Of a stretch of DNA of 64,000 nucleotides, positions 10,165 through 20,300 are shown in pieces. Both the position numbers and the translations under genes were made by a program. The stretch comes from Candidatus Marinacidobacterales bacterium (GTDB taxonomy: Bacteria > Acidobacteriota > Vicinamibacteria > Marinacidobacterales > DATDRI01): the NCBI GenBank assembly GCA_965219415.1, contig CBDCNP010000002.1, positions 544,001 through 608,000 on the forward strand, given 5' to 3'. The first letter of the stretch is position 1, and every line of letters starts with the position of its first letter. The notes under the pieces were generated by a model. The model worked only from the letters and a program-made list of their open reading frames with translations. It did no database searches and was not told the origin of the DNA.

Positions 10165-11583
10165 ATGACCTGGATACGCCGCCTTTTATCAATTGGCTTC
10201 GTTTTGATGCTCCCCTGCCTCGCCAGCGGAGAGGACGACGAGTCCTTCCAGAAGGCGGCAACTCAGATTCTCGGCGCCGCCCAACAGAATTCCCGTGTCA
10301 TGGATACTCTACGGCACCTGACCGATCGTATCGGCCCTCGCCTCAGTGGCTCGCCGGGTGCCGAAGCCGCCGTCGAATGGACCACGGCAAGAATGCGAGC
10401 CGACGGCCTGAACGTTTCGTTGCAACCGGTGAAAGTACCTCGCTGGATCCGCGGCGAGGAAATCGGCGAGCTCCTCACGCCTTCCCGCCAAGAGCTCTCT
10501 CTCACCGCGCTGGGAGGCACCGTCGCCACACCCAGCAAAGGACTCACCGCCGAAGTCATCGAGGTTCGAAGTTTTCAGGAGCTCGATGAGCGCAGCGAAG
10601 AAATCCAGGGAAAGATCGTCTACTACCACAGTACGATGGATCCAGCACTCAACCCTTTCGAAGCGTACAGCCGAGCCGTGGTTTTCCGGGCCCGCGGGGC
10701 GATCGAAGCGGCGCGACTCGGTGCGGTAGGCTCTCTCATTCGGTCCCTGGCGACCGTCAGCTTGCGAACGCCACACACCGGTGCCATGAGCTACGACCCC
10801 GATGTGCCGCGCATCCCGCACGCGGCGCTCAGCACCGAAGACGGGGATCTCCTGCATCGTCTGATCGCCGAAGGCGAAAAGCCGACGGTGCGCTTGACTC
10901 TGACTCCCCGCCGGGAGTCCGACGTCGAGTCTGCCAATGTGATCGCGGAGCTACCCGGCCGCGAGCTCCCCGAAGAGATCGTGCTCATCGGTGCGCACTT
11001 GGATTCCTGGGATCTCGGAACCGGAGCCTTCGACGATGCGGCGGGCTGCGCCTTGGTCATGGAAACGCCGCAACTCCTAAAGCAGCTTGGGTTGATCCCA
11101 CGCCGCACGATTCGCGTCGTGCTCTTCATGGACGAGGAGAGCGGACTTCGCGGTGCGCGTCGCTACGCGAAGCTCTCGCCGGAGGAGCTCCGGGCCCACG
11201 TCGCAGCGATCGAGGCCGATACGGGAGCAGACGATCCCCTCGGATTCAGCGTCAGCCAAGGAGGAAGGGCCCTGAAGCTAATCAAGAAATGGGCGAGGAT
11301 GCTCGAGCCGATCGAGGCCGATCAGATCATCGAGGGCGGTTTCGGAGGTGCGGACATCGGTCTGCTAGGTCGCCAAGGCGTTCTCGCGTTGGGCCTCTTA
11401 CAAGATCCGTCGCGGTATTTCTTCTACCACCACTCGCGGACCGACACGTTCGATAAAGTGAACCCGGAAGCCATGCGGCGAAACCTGGCCGCCATGGCGC
11501 TCATGGCCTATGCGCTTGCAGAGACAGAAGAGGATCTAAGAGGCGATCGGGGTGGCCGTCGCCCGACTAGCAGCCGCCGGTAG
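10165..11583 (+). CDS. M28 family peptidase (carboxypeptidase Q-like, PA domain)
   Basis: IGPRLSGS, PHTG, IGAHLDSWD, GAFDDAAG, DEESGL, YHHSRTDTFDK. Confidence 0.9.
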   Translation: MTWIRRLLSIGFVLMLPCLASGEDDESFQKAATQILGAAQQNSRVMDTLRHLTDRIGPRLSGSPGAEAAVEWTTARMRADGLNVSLQPVKVPRWIRGEEIGELLTPSRQELSLTALGGTVATPSKGLTAEVIEVRSFQELDERSEEIQGKIVYYHSTMDPALNPFEAYSRAVVFRARGAIEAARLGAVGSLIRSLATVSLRTPHTGAMSYDPDVPRIPHAALSTEDGDLLHRLIAEGEKPTVRLTLTPRRESDVESANVIAELPGRELPEEIVLIGAHLDSWDLGTGAFDDAAGCALVMETPQLLKQLGLIPRRTIRVVLFMDEESGLRGARRYAKLSPEELRAHVAAIEADTGADDPLGFSVSQGGRALKLIKKWARMLEPIEADQIIEGGFGGADIGLLGRQGVLALGLLQDPSRYFFYHHSRTDTFDKVNPEAMRRNLAAMALMAYALAETEEDLRGDRGGRRPTSSRR

Positions 11584-11663
11584 CGAAACGACCGGGTGCT
11601 GACGTCAAAGTTGCGTTCCTCACCCCCGCCAACTACCCGCTAGACCTCCAAACCATCGCTGCG

Positions 11664-12827
11664 CTATTCGCGCTGCGCGTCCTTCTCGTACCGGGCCAGG
11701 TTGGTTTTGATCCGTTCGGCGAGCCGATCGTCTTCGCCATCAAGCTGGCTCACCGCTTTCTTTTGCCAATCGAGCGCTTGATCCAGATTCCCCATGTCGT
11801 AGTGCACCCGTGCCAGCGTTTCCAGGAACCGAACGTTCTGTTCTTCTGCCAACTCGTTGGCGCGCCGCGCCGCCTGGAGAGCAAAGCGCAGATCTCTCCT
11901 GGCGATTCCGGGCGAGGACAGAGTCGCATCGGCCAATCTGCCAAGCTCCTCCTCTTGATCCCAAATCTCTTTCATGAAGGCGTAGCCGAACTTGTACCCC
12001 GCTTCGGGATCCTTCAGATCGCGAAGCAGGGTCACGAACCTGAGCTGCTTGGCGTGGTTGGTTGGATCGAGCCGCGGGTCCAGCGATCGATCGGGCGACG
12101 CCGTGCTCATCGACAGGTAGATCTCGACGTCGAGCTCATCGGCAATGCGGTCGGCCCAATCACGAGACGAGGCCTTCCAACCAAGCTCCTCGCGCTTGAG
12201 CGTGAAGGCGCTCTCCAGAAACAAGAGATCGCCGTCGAGGCGCGCCATCGTCCCAAAGGTCGATGGCATGAAGGTCAGCGTCGCCGGGATCGTCAGTTGT
12301 TTGACGCTTTCCTTAACGGTCAACTTGGCTTCCAACTCGACCTCGTAGTGGGTCGACACTTCGTCGTGGTGGGTCTGGGTGAACCCGACGACGCGGGTAA
12401 TTTCAACGAGCATTTCGGGATGATTGTCTCGGTCTAGAAACTCTGAACTCTGGACTATCTCGTTCCCTCCGCCCGGTGTGGTGAAGTTGTCGTCGATGCC
12501 GGTCTCCCAAGACACCACCGGTATCCGAAAAGCCGCATGGAGCACTGGAGTCGTTCCGGCCTCGTCCAGGTCGAAAGGCGCTACGACGTAGCCGACCAAC
12601 CGCTTGGTCGTAACGGTAAGCCTCTGGAGCAAAGCGTCGGAGACGAGAAAGACTTGCGGCCCCTCTCCAGGCCGAACGAAGTAGACTTCTCCCGCGTCCA
12701 TCTGCTCATCGGGCACGTTGAGAGTCTGCCCGCCCAGCGAACGCCCCGGAACCTGGCCGTATCCAGCAACGGCCGACAAGATCGCTCACGCCACCAGGCA
12801 TCCGAGAAATCTTGACGCAGAAATCAT
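11664..12827 (-). CDS. Secreted YceI-like domain plus TPR protein; in-frame TGA at 12786-12788 in the signal region
   Basis: ATG at 12827 overlaps the upstream TAA (TAATG) and is in frame with ORF 11664..12779. YceI-like ETGID...FLDRDNHPEM...LTVK; TPR-like FLETLARVHYDMGNLDQALDWQKKAV. Confidence 0.65.
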
Positions 12828-14151
12828 TAGTGGCTCCCCAGGTCGAGGGCCTTGATTGTGGTCCGGTTCCGGATGTAGAGCGTGCCGTCCGCCAAAGTGG
12901 GGGGCGCCCAGACCAACCGATCCATCACGTGGGCGCGGCTGTGAATCGTCAGATCCTCGGGAATTGGTGTCGCGATGGCCAGATCCCCCTCCTCGTCCAA
13001 AATGACCACATGGTCTCCCGCTCTCAAGAGATGCGCTCGACCAAAACCACGCTTTCTCCACACCACCTTTCCCGTCCTCACGTGGATGCCCATTAGAAAA
13101 GCGGGCCCGAAGTCTCCACTGGACCCGTAGACGTGGTCCCCAATCCTAACCGCCGACGCATACATCACTCGCATCTTTCGGCTGTACCAGAGCTCCTCAG
13201 CCTCGAACCGGTCTCCTTTTTTCTTTACTTCGATCACGCGGCTACCGTCCGCGTATGCACTCGAGCCGAACAACAGCTGGTCTTCACCCCAGATCTGCGT
13301 CGACATGATCGTCCCCGCGGTTTTCGGCAGCGATAGGTGCCAGCGGAGCTCGCCGTTACGCGGGTCGATACCGGCCCGGTCTGGTCCCATGGCCACGAAG
13401 AGCTGATCCTCTCCTTCGACGTTGACGAGAATCGGGGCAGAATAGCCGGCGCGGAAACTCTGGCTTTTCCAGACGATCTCTCCGCTCTCCGCGTGGAACG
13501 CCACCACCGCTTGGTCTTTGCCACCCACCCCCAGGATCACCTTACCGTCGTAGGCGATGGGGCTAGGCCCGTAGCCTCTGCCCAAATGGCTGGCCTCCAT
13601 CTCCTTCATGAGATCGCGGGCCCAAAGCACCTCCCCGGTGCGCTTGTCGAGGCAATGGAGCTTCACCGTCGAGCTAACAGTAAAGAGGCGTTCTCCCAGC
13701 AGCAGGGGCGTCGCGATGGGTCCGGGACCGAACTCGAGAACCATGTCTTCAACGGTGGGCGAATCGTAGGAGGTTTCCCAGAGAGTCTCGCCGGTGTCGG
13801 GTAGTGTCCTAATTTAGGACACTACCCGGTGTCGGCGTCGATGGCAATCACCACGTCGCCTTCCCCCTGCCGGTACATCGTGTACAGCCGATGGTTCTCT
13901 ACGAGGATGGCCGAGTAGCCGTCTCCGAGCTCCCGACTCCAAAGCTCTTTCGGCCCCGATTCGGGCCACGTAAGCGCGAGGCTCACACCATCGACGGTAA
14001 AATTTCGATGCGGCCCGCCAAACTGCGTCCACTGGGAATAGCCAGGCGCCGCGAGTAGCGAGACGCTTAACCCGAGGGAACCGAGTCTCAGAAGGCCGAA
14101 GCTGTTTCGAGAAACCAACCACCAACCGAGTCTTTTCCGCATCCCGTCCAC
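12827..14151 (-). pseudogene. PQQ-binding-like (BamB-type) beta-propeller protein disrupted by a 35-bp insertion
   Basis: WTQFGGPHRN, WPESGPKELWSRELGDGYS, GPIATP, GYSAP, WAPPTLADG. Removing 35 bp at 13800-13834 restores AIDADTGETLWETSY. Confidence 0.88.
13792..13834. mobile_element. 27-bp palindromic IS-end footprint (13800-13826) with 8-bp target duplication CGGTGTCG
   Basis: GGTAGTGTCCTAA-T-TTAGGACACTACC flanked by CGGTGTCG at 13792-13799 and 13827-13834. Confidence 0.85.
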
Positions 14152-14347
14152 CTCAAACGGTCTTTAGAATTTCCTTGATTTGATCCAGCTCGATTACGCG
14201 TGTCCGGGGCAGACTCTCTCTGATCGGCGACCGGTGCGGCACATCATATCTCACAAGGCGGGGAAACTTGATTGCCGTTTTGTTGGACGGACGGACAAAA
14301 TTCGACCTCTCGATGCTACAATCGGCTGCACCTAGGAGGGATGGATC

Positions 14348-15232
14348 GTGTCGTTGGCACTCTTACTGTGTTTCTCGATGATGCAGCCTGCCCAAGGGCA
14401 GAGCCCAGAACTCAAGGTCTACATTTCTGCCGACATGGAAGGCGTCGGTGGAGCGGTGACGCGCCAACAAGTGAGTCGGGACGGCTTCGAATACGAGCGT
14501 TTCCGTGAGCTCATGACAACCGAAGTGAACGCTGCTATTGAAAGCGCCTTAGAGGCGGGGGCGACCGAGATCGTAGTCAGCGACTCACACGGCAGCGGCC
14601 AAAACCTTCTTGTCGACCAACTCAATCCGGCGGCGAAGCTGATCCGCTCCTTCCCGCGGCCGCAAGACATGATGCAAGGAATCGACGCCAGTTTCGACGC
14701 CGCCTTGTTCATCGGCTATCACGCCGGCCAAGGGAATCCCGACGGGGTCCTTGCCCATACGATGAACGGCGAAGTGCTGTGGATCAAGCTAAACGGCGTA
14801 ACCGTGGGAGAGCCCGGCTTCAACGCCGCTTTGGCGGGACACTTCGGAGTGCCAGTCATCATGATCGCCGGCGACCAGGGCGCCGTCGGGGGGCTGCGAG
14901 ATTTGGTTGGCGATGTCGAAGGCGCCGAGGTGAAGCACGCCTACGGCGCCACTTCCGCGCTGACGCTACATCCTACGCGGTCACAACAGCTCATCGCCGA
15001 GCGCACGACCACTGCCCTCGGTCGACTCCGAGACTTCAAACCCTACCAGGTGGCGACGCCTATCAGCATGGAGGTTGCCTTCAAGAACACCGTGACCACC
15101 GAAGTCGTTGCCATGATTCCGGGCGTGGAGCGAACTGCTCCGAACGCGGTGAAACTTACCGTGCCCGACATGGTGGCGGCAGCCAAGTTCGTTGTCGTGC
15201 TCATGTACCTCGAAGTGGCCAACGAAGGTTAG
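14348..15232 (+). CDS. dppA: M55 family D-aminopeptidase with signal peptide
   Basis: KVYISADMEG, VSDSHG, MMQGID, FIGYHA, GVLAHT. Start uncertain: an RBS-preceded ATG at 14341 is out of frame. Confidence 0.88.
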   Translation: MSLALLLCFSMMQPAQGQSPELKVYISADMEGVGGAVTRQQVSRDGFEYERFRELMTTEVNAAIESALEAGATEIVVSDSHGSGQNLLVDQLNPAAKLIRSFPRPQDMMQGIDASFDAALFIGYHAGQGNPDGVLAHTMNGEVLWIKLNGVTVGEPGFNAALAGHFGVPVIMIAGDQGAVGGLRDLVGDVEGAEVKHAYGATSALTLHPTRSQQLIAERTTTALGRLRDFKPYQVATPISMEVAFKNTVTTEVVAMIPGVERTAPNAVKLTVPDMVAAAKFVVVLMYLEVANEG

Positions 15233-15249
15233 TGCCGGCGGCGTCTCCA

Positions 15250-15322
15250 AAATCAATAAAAAGGTCGAGTCGAACAACCCAAGGCCGCGAACTAGCTCGG
15301 CCGATTCGTCATCGCGCTCCAT
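15250..15322 (-). pseudogene. N-terminal remnant of an APC-family amino acid permease
   Basis: MERDDESAELVRGLGLFDSTFLLI matches the LxRxLGLxDxxxL start of APC permeases, then stops abruptly against dppA. Confidence 0.6.
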
Positions 15323-15369
15323 ATGGGGATGTGGGAGTCGTAGTCCGGAGTCTTATTGGGAACGGGGTC

Positions 15370-15435
15370 CTATTGTTCCCCCTCCCAAATAGCGATGCCG
15401 CCGGCCTGTTTTCCGACGGCGACCGCCGCAAGCAC
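15370..15435 (-). repeat. Copy A of the YVTN gene 3' end (VLAAVAVGKQAGGIAIWEGEQ*)
   Basis: CTCCCAAATAGCGATGCCGCC at 15382-15402 is identical to 25208-25228; the next 15 bp differ only at three synonymous positions. Confidence 0.88.
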
Positions 15436-15543
15436 GCTCTTAAGGCGTCCTGTAAACGACGACCCCACCTGGGGCTCTGACTGGACGCAGGGTCGACGCT
15501 GAGTGGTTAATCACGGATTGCGGCGCTTGAGTTAGAAGCCGAC

Positions 15544-15849
15544 TTAGACGCCTTGGAGGCGAACCCGTTTGTCCCCGAAACTCGCAACAACTTCAAGTTC
15601 TCCACCCAGCGCCTCAACGTACCGCCGCAACGTAGACACCAAGTGGTCCTCACGCCTTTCGGTTCGGGATAGCTCCGATTGTGCTACCTCCGCAAGCCTA
15701 GCCAACTCCTCCTGCGTTTTTCCCAATGACTCCCGTAACACCTTGAGATTCATTTCGAGGAGTTCGGCTTCTACCCAGCGCCGGTTGGCTTCCCGCTGGG
15801 CGGGCGTCAGCTTGGTAGCTTTCAAATCCTTCCAACGGTGGACACGCAT
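15544..15849 (-). CDS. XRE-family HTH antitoxin (HigA-like)
   Basis: LKVLRESLGKTQEELA...QSELSRTERREDHLVSTLRRYVEALGGELEVVASF. Confidence 0.88.
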   Translation of the reverse strand: MRVHRWKDLKATKLTPAQREANRRWVEAELLEMNLKVLRESLGKTQEELARLAEVAQSELSRTERREDHLVSTLRRYVEALGGELEVVASFGDKRVRLQGV

Positions 15850-15851
15850 AT

Positions 15852-16179
15852 CTACTTCCTCCTCTCCTCTTCCTCAGCGAGGTATTGCTGCCAACTGGCC
15901 TCAGCCTTCGGGACAAATGTCTCGTAGAATCGATCGTCCCCAGTCTTGTCTCCCGCGATCAAGAGAACGGCCTGTCGCCAAGGATCGAACGCGTAGAAAA
16001 CGCGGAACGGGCGCCCCCGAGACTGGACCCGAAGTTCCCGTAGCGGAAATCGGCTCTCCTCAATACCGTCCCCTCCACCTCAAGGAGGTCTACCACCCGG
16101 GCGACGTCGACCCGTTTCGTCGTTGTCGAGAGCTTCCCACCACTCCTTGAACTCATCGGTCCACGATGACCTCAACCAC
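15852..16179 (-). pseudogene. RelE/HigB-like (Gp49/DUF891-type) toxin, frameshifted and internally shortened
   Basis: Across frames: VEVIV..DEFKEWWEALD...VDLLEVEG...PFRVFYAFDPWRQAVLLIAGDKTGDDRFYETFVPKAE; directly upstream of the HTH gene. Confidence 0.78.
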
Positions 16180-16186
16180 AATCCAT

Positions 16187-16215
16187 AGTATACGCTTAAC
16201 CTCATATTCTGTCAA
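16187..16215 (-). promoter_or_regulatory. Sigma70 promoter of the HigBA-like operon (probably leaderless mRNA)
   Basis: Minus strand TTGACA-N17-TATACT, 7 nt before the GTG start at 16179. Confidence 0.75.
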
Positions 16216-16265
16216 GCGCATATTCCCAATACAAGCACGGACCGGGATGACCCGCGATCTTGGCA

Positions 16266-16345
16266 TGAGCTGCGGCTGTGGCTCCTGAGTTGTGGCTGTG
16301 GAACGCTCAGCTGCGGTTCTGGCGCACAAGCTGCGGCAGACGAAG
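16266..16345. repeat. Four imperfect ~20-bp tandem repeats (core AGCTGCGG)
   Basis: TGAGCTGCGGCTGTGGCTCC / TGAGTTGTGGCTGTGGAACGC / TCAGCTGCGGTTCTGGCGCA / CAAGCTGCGGCAGACG. Confidence 0.6.
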
Positions 16346-16499
16346 CCCGCCCGCCCCAAGCTCCGGAGGGAGTCGGCCTCGCTTCGCGAACGGGCAAGGC
16401 TCGCGCAGCGGAGCAAGGCACGCGCCCTTCGCTGGAATCCAATGAGTCAAGCTTCGGTCACGTCCCTTGCATCGCTGTCCGATAGTGGCCTACAGATCC

Positions 16500-17327
16500 T
16501 TACGTTTGATGCTGCCTCCTGAGTTTCCAAAGCAGAAAACGATTCGGAGGGGAGCCAAGTCCGGCCGCTTTCCAGAGGGCCCAGAGCCTTTTCCGGTTGC
16601 CGGGCTCCTCGGGATCCTGTGGCGATTCTGCCGTCAGCAGAAGCAAACCTCCGTTCCGTAGATCGCGCCTTCGCAAACCGCCGATCTTTGCCTTCTCGAC
16701 GATGCCATCTATTAGTGCTTTCCAACGCTCGGAGAAGAAGTTGGCCCAATAGACGGATTGCAGAGGCCACGCCACTTCCTCCCCGGGGTGAACGCGAGGC
16801 GCGGACGCCAGCATGCCTGGCAAAAAGGAGAGGGGGGCAGCACTTCCGTCCAACGCAATTGCATCTGTTATATCATGTGCATGCCCGTGATCGGCCCCGA
16901 CCGTTTCGAAGAGCGCCACGAGAAACTCTAAAACACTTTCGATGTGTTCTTGGTTTGTAGCCTCGCCGACTCTGACGCTGATGCTTGACTTGGCGTAACT
17001 CCCGCGCTCCCAGCCGCTCCCCCTCGGTCGCAGGCGTGGTCCATCGAGCAGCTCAGTGATAGTGACCGTGAACTGCGACGGGTCACTATGCGCGAGCATC
17101 AATGCCTTTCCAGGATTTTTCCGTAGTTTCGCAATCAGAGCGTCTCTTTCCCCCTCCCGGCTGCCAACTCCATGCCACGTCGGGGCGCCAATCCGATCCG
17201 TATAATCATACTTGTCAAGACACACGTATTGTTGTTCGTCCGCTAAGAACTGCAACAACCTTGCCGGTTCCTCCTGGAGCAGGCGGCTGTACGCAACAAA
17301 GTGTGCTGACAGTTGTGGATTCAGCAT
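16500..17327 (-). CDS. Putative immunity protein for the Rhs toxin (Imm52/TsiV-like)
   Basis: Starts 6 bp after the toxin stop; VYWANFFS...LRNGGLLLLTAESP resembles Imm52/DUF3396-type C-termini. Confidence 0.65.
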   Translation of the reverse strand: MLNPQLSAHFVAYSRLLQEEPARLLQFLADEQQYVCLDKYDYTDRIGAPTWHGVGSREGERDALIAKLRKNPGKALMLAHSDPSQFTVTITELLDGPRLRPRGSGWERGSYAKSSISVRVGEATNQEHIESVLEFLVALFETVGADHGHAHDITDAIALDGSAAPLSFLPGMLASAPRVHPGEEVAWPLQSVYWANFFSERWKALIDGIVEKAKIGGLRRRDLRNGGLLLLTAESPQDPEEPGNRKRLWALWKAAGLGSPPNRFLLWKLRRQHQT

Positions 17328-17333
17328 TGACTA

Positions 17334-20300
17334 CTAGGGGAGGACTGAAAAAACTCGGATTCTTGCGCCCTCTGCTCTCCCGAGCGCTGTAAGCTCATCC
17401 ACGAATTGCTTGTTCGGCGCCTTCAAGAAGAAGTACCAGAGGTCTGTACCTGCGTTCTTGGCGGCTCCTAGGAATACCTTGAACTGTGCCAGCCTAAACG
17501 CTGCCTGGCTCAGTCTAGCCTCAATAAGAATTCCTCGCCATACGAAATCGATAATACGACTGCCTTTCGGCCCCGCGCCGAATCCAGCGACTCTCCCTCC
17601 CACGATCACGACCTGGCGGAACGCCTGTTCCCTAAACACAATCTCAAAAAGGAACTTCTCAAACGCTCGCCCCAAACTCAGCCGCGCGCGACCGCGGAAT
17701 ATCTCAAAGGCCCGAGCCAAGATAGGCAGTCGTCGCGACCCTTCCCTTGCTCCGGCTCCAATAAGGCCAGCCGGCGACGGGAAATTGACACCCGAAAAAG
17801 CCGCGGCTAGGCCTATGACAATACCCTCAACGGCGGTCGTCAATTTGGGAACCGAGATCGCAATCAGTGTCACTCTCAGGTTGATAGCAGCCAGCGTGCT
17901 TGCGAAGAGGCCTTCCCCAGTGGGATCAACGTTGTTGACGGGATTTGCGTGGACATGTAGATATTTGTGGAGACTTAGCGGATCGAATTCTAAGCCCTCG
18001 AAGGGGTCTAAACTGGCAAACTGTCCGACGGCAGGATCCATCCACCGGGCGCGGTTATAGTTATAATAGAAGCCCATGTTGGGCTGGAAGGGTTCTCCTG
18101 CAAATTGGTACGGCTTGCGGATCGGTCCCGACGTGCTGTAATTGCTCACCAAACGCGGTGTATTCGTACCTGTCGGTGACGTTGCCAGTTTCGTCCGTAA
18201 GGAAGCGGATGGATCCCAGCCCATCGGCGTGGTAGTAGCGGGTTTCGGTGGGTCGAATAACCGAGAGAAGGTCGTCGACGCCCCTTACGTAGTAGGCGAG
18301 CACGTTGCCCGCGTTGTCCGTTTCGGCGACGACGTGGCTGAGAGAGCCGGAGGGATCTACTAAGAACTCGGTGAGCGCAGGCGGTCCGGTAGCGGGCGTG
18401 ATTTCTGTCCGCACGCGATTGCCGTCAGCATCGTACGCGTGGGCGACGACTGCCCCGTCCGCCTTTTCTACCCTGACCAATCGATTCTCGAAGTCCCAGA
18501 AGTAGGTGGCTTCGGCTGACTTGCTGGTCAGGTTTCCGTTTTCGTCATACCCGTAAATGGTGCCGTTCTCCGTCAAGAGCCGGTCTCGGTCGTCGTAGGT
18601 GTAATTCACCAACCCAGCGCCGGAACCCGTGGTAGTCTGCAGCTCTCGGTTGCCCACGGGGTCGTAGTCAAATACCTTCTGATAGACGAACCCGCCCACG
18701 TCACTGACCTGCTCTGCGGTGAGACGATACAGGCCGTCGTAGGTGTACTCCCTGAACGTCCCATCGGCCTCGTCGATGCGCTCGCGGTTACCCGCCAGCC
18801 CCAGGGTGAAGTCATAGGACTGGATCACCCCCGTCGGTCCGTTAGTCGTGAGATTGGTTAAGCGATTGAGTGTGTCGTAGCTGTAGCTGGTAGCAGTTCC
18901 ATTCGGTTGGCTGAGCGAGCTCCGGTTCCCATTTCGATCCCAGTCGAAGTCGTAGGTTCCGTTGTTGGGATCGGCTACGGTATCCAACCGACTCGCATCA
19001 TCGTAGGTGTAGATGGTTTCGAGGATCGTTGGGCCGATCGTTGCCTTGAGACTGGTTCGATTGCCATTGGCGTCGAAAACGTAGTCCAACCGGCGGCCAT
19101 CTGGATATGCGAGACTCTGCAGCCGGTCTCTTTCGTCGTACGTGTAGCTAGTGACGCCCCTGGAGTCGGTGGTCGACTCCCGCTGGCCGGTATTTGTGTA
19201 CGTAAACGCTACGAAGCTCGTATCGGGGAAACCCCGTCGGGTGAGTCGATGGTTGACGTCATAGTCGAAAGTGACCTGGTTCCCGTCAAACTTGGTCCAG
19301 ATCTTCAGGTTCCCAGCAGGGTCGTACTCCTTGGACTCGAAAATCCCATCCGGTAGTGTCCGCCTGGTCTCCCGCCCGAGTTCGTCATACTCAAAGCCGG
19401 TGACGTGATTGTTGGCATCCTCTTGCTCGATGCGGTTCCCTACCTCGTCGTAGCGGTAGATCGTCTCCTGCGCCAAGGCATCAATTACTGTAGTGAGACG
19501 GCCCAAACAATCGTACTTGAACTCGGTGACCTTTCCTTCTTGGTCGATCTCTCGAATGCGGCGGCCCAAGCTGTCGTAGTCCGTTTGGATGAAGGTCCCG
19601 TCCGCGAAGATGGTCTTGGTCCGTCGGTTGAGCGCATCGTACTCGAAGGTCGTGTCTTCTCCTTTGGCATCTTTGATGAGAATCTGGTTGCCGGTCTCGT
19701 CGTAGTCGAATGCTGTCTCATTCCCGAGAGGGTCGGTGATCTTCGTGCGACGGCCTGCCTTGTCGTAGTCGTAGAAGGTCGACTTACCTCGGCCATCGAC
19801 CGTTTCTGCCAGTCTTCCGGCGTCGTCGTAGACGTTTTGGGTAAAAGCTTCGTCGGCGAAAGTCGTCTTCGTCAGTCGCCCCAGGCTGTCGTACTCAAAC
19901 CCGGTCGTACGACCATCACGGTCCTCCGACCTCAGCCGCCGCCCCTCCCCATCGTAGGTAAACTCTTCGGTCGTCAGATCCGGGAACGTGGTCTTGACCG
20001 GCCGCCCCATCTCGTCGTACTCAAACTCCGTCTTCCGATTCAGTTGGTCGAAGCTCTCGATCTGCTTCCCGAGCTTGTCGTAGACCGTGCGGGTAGTCGT
20101 TCCGTCGGGGTCCTCGGTTTCAAGGAGCCGGCTCTGCTTGTCGTAGGTAAAGATGGTCTCGAGGGTCTCGATACCCGAGGGAGTCGTTCTCGTCCGCGTC
20201 TCGGTTGTCCGATTTCCGTTGGTGTCGTACGTAAAACTCGTCTCATTGCCCAGGGCATCGGTTTCTTTTGTCAAGTTACCGAACGAGTCGTACTCGAACT

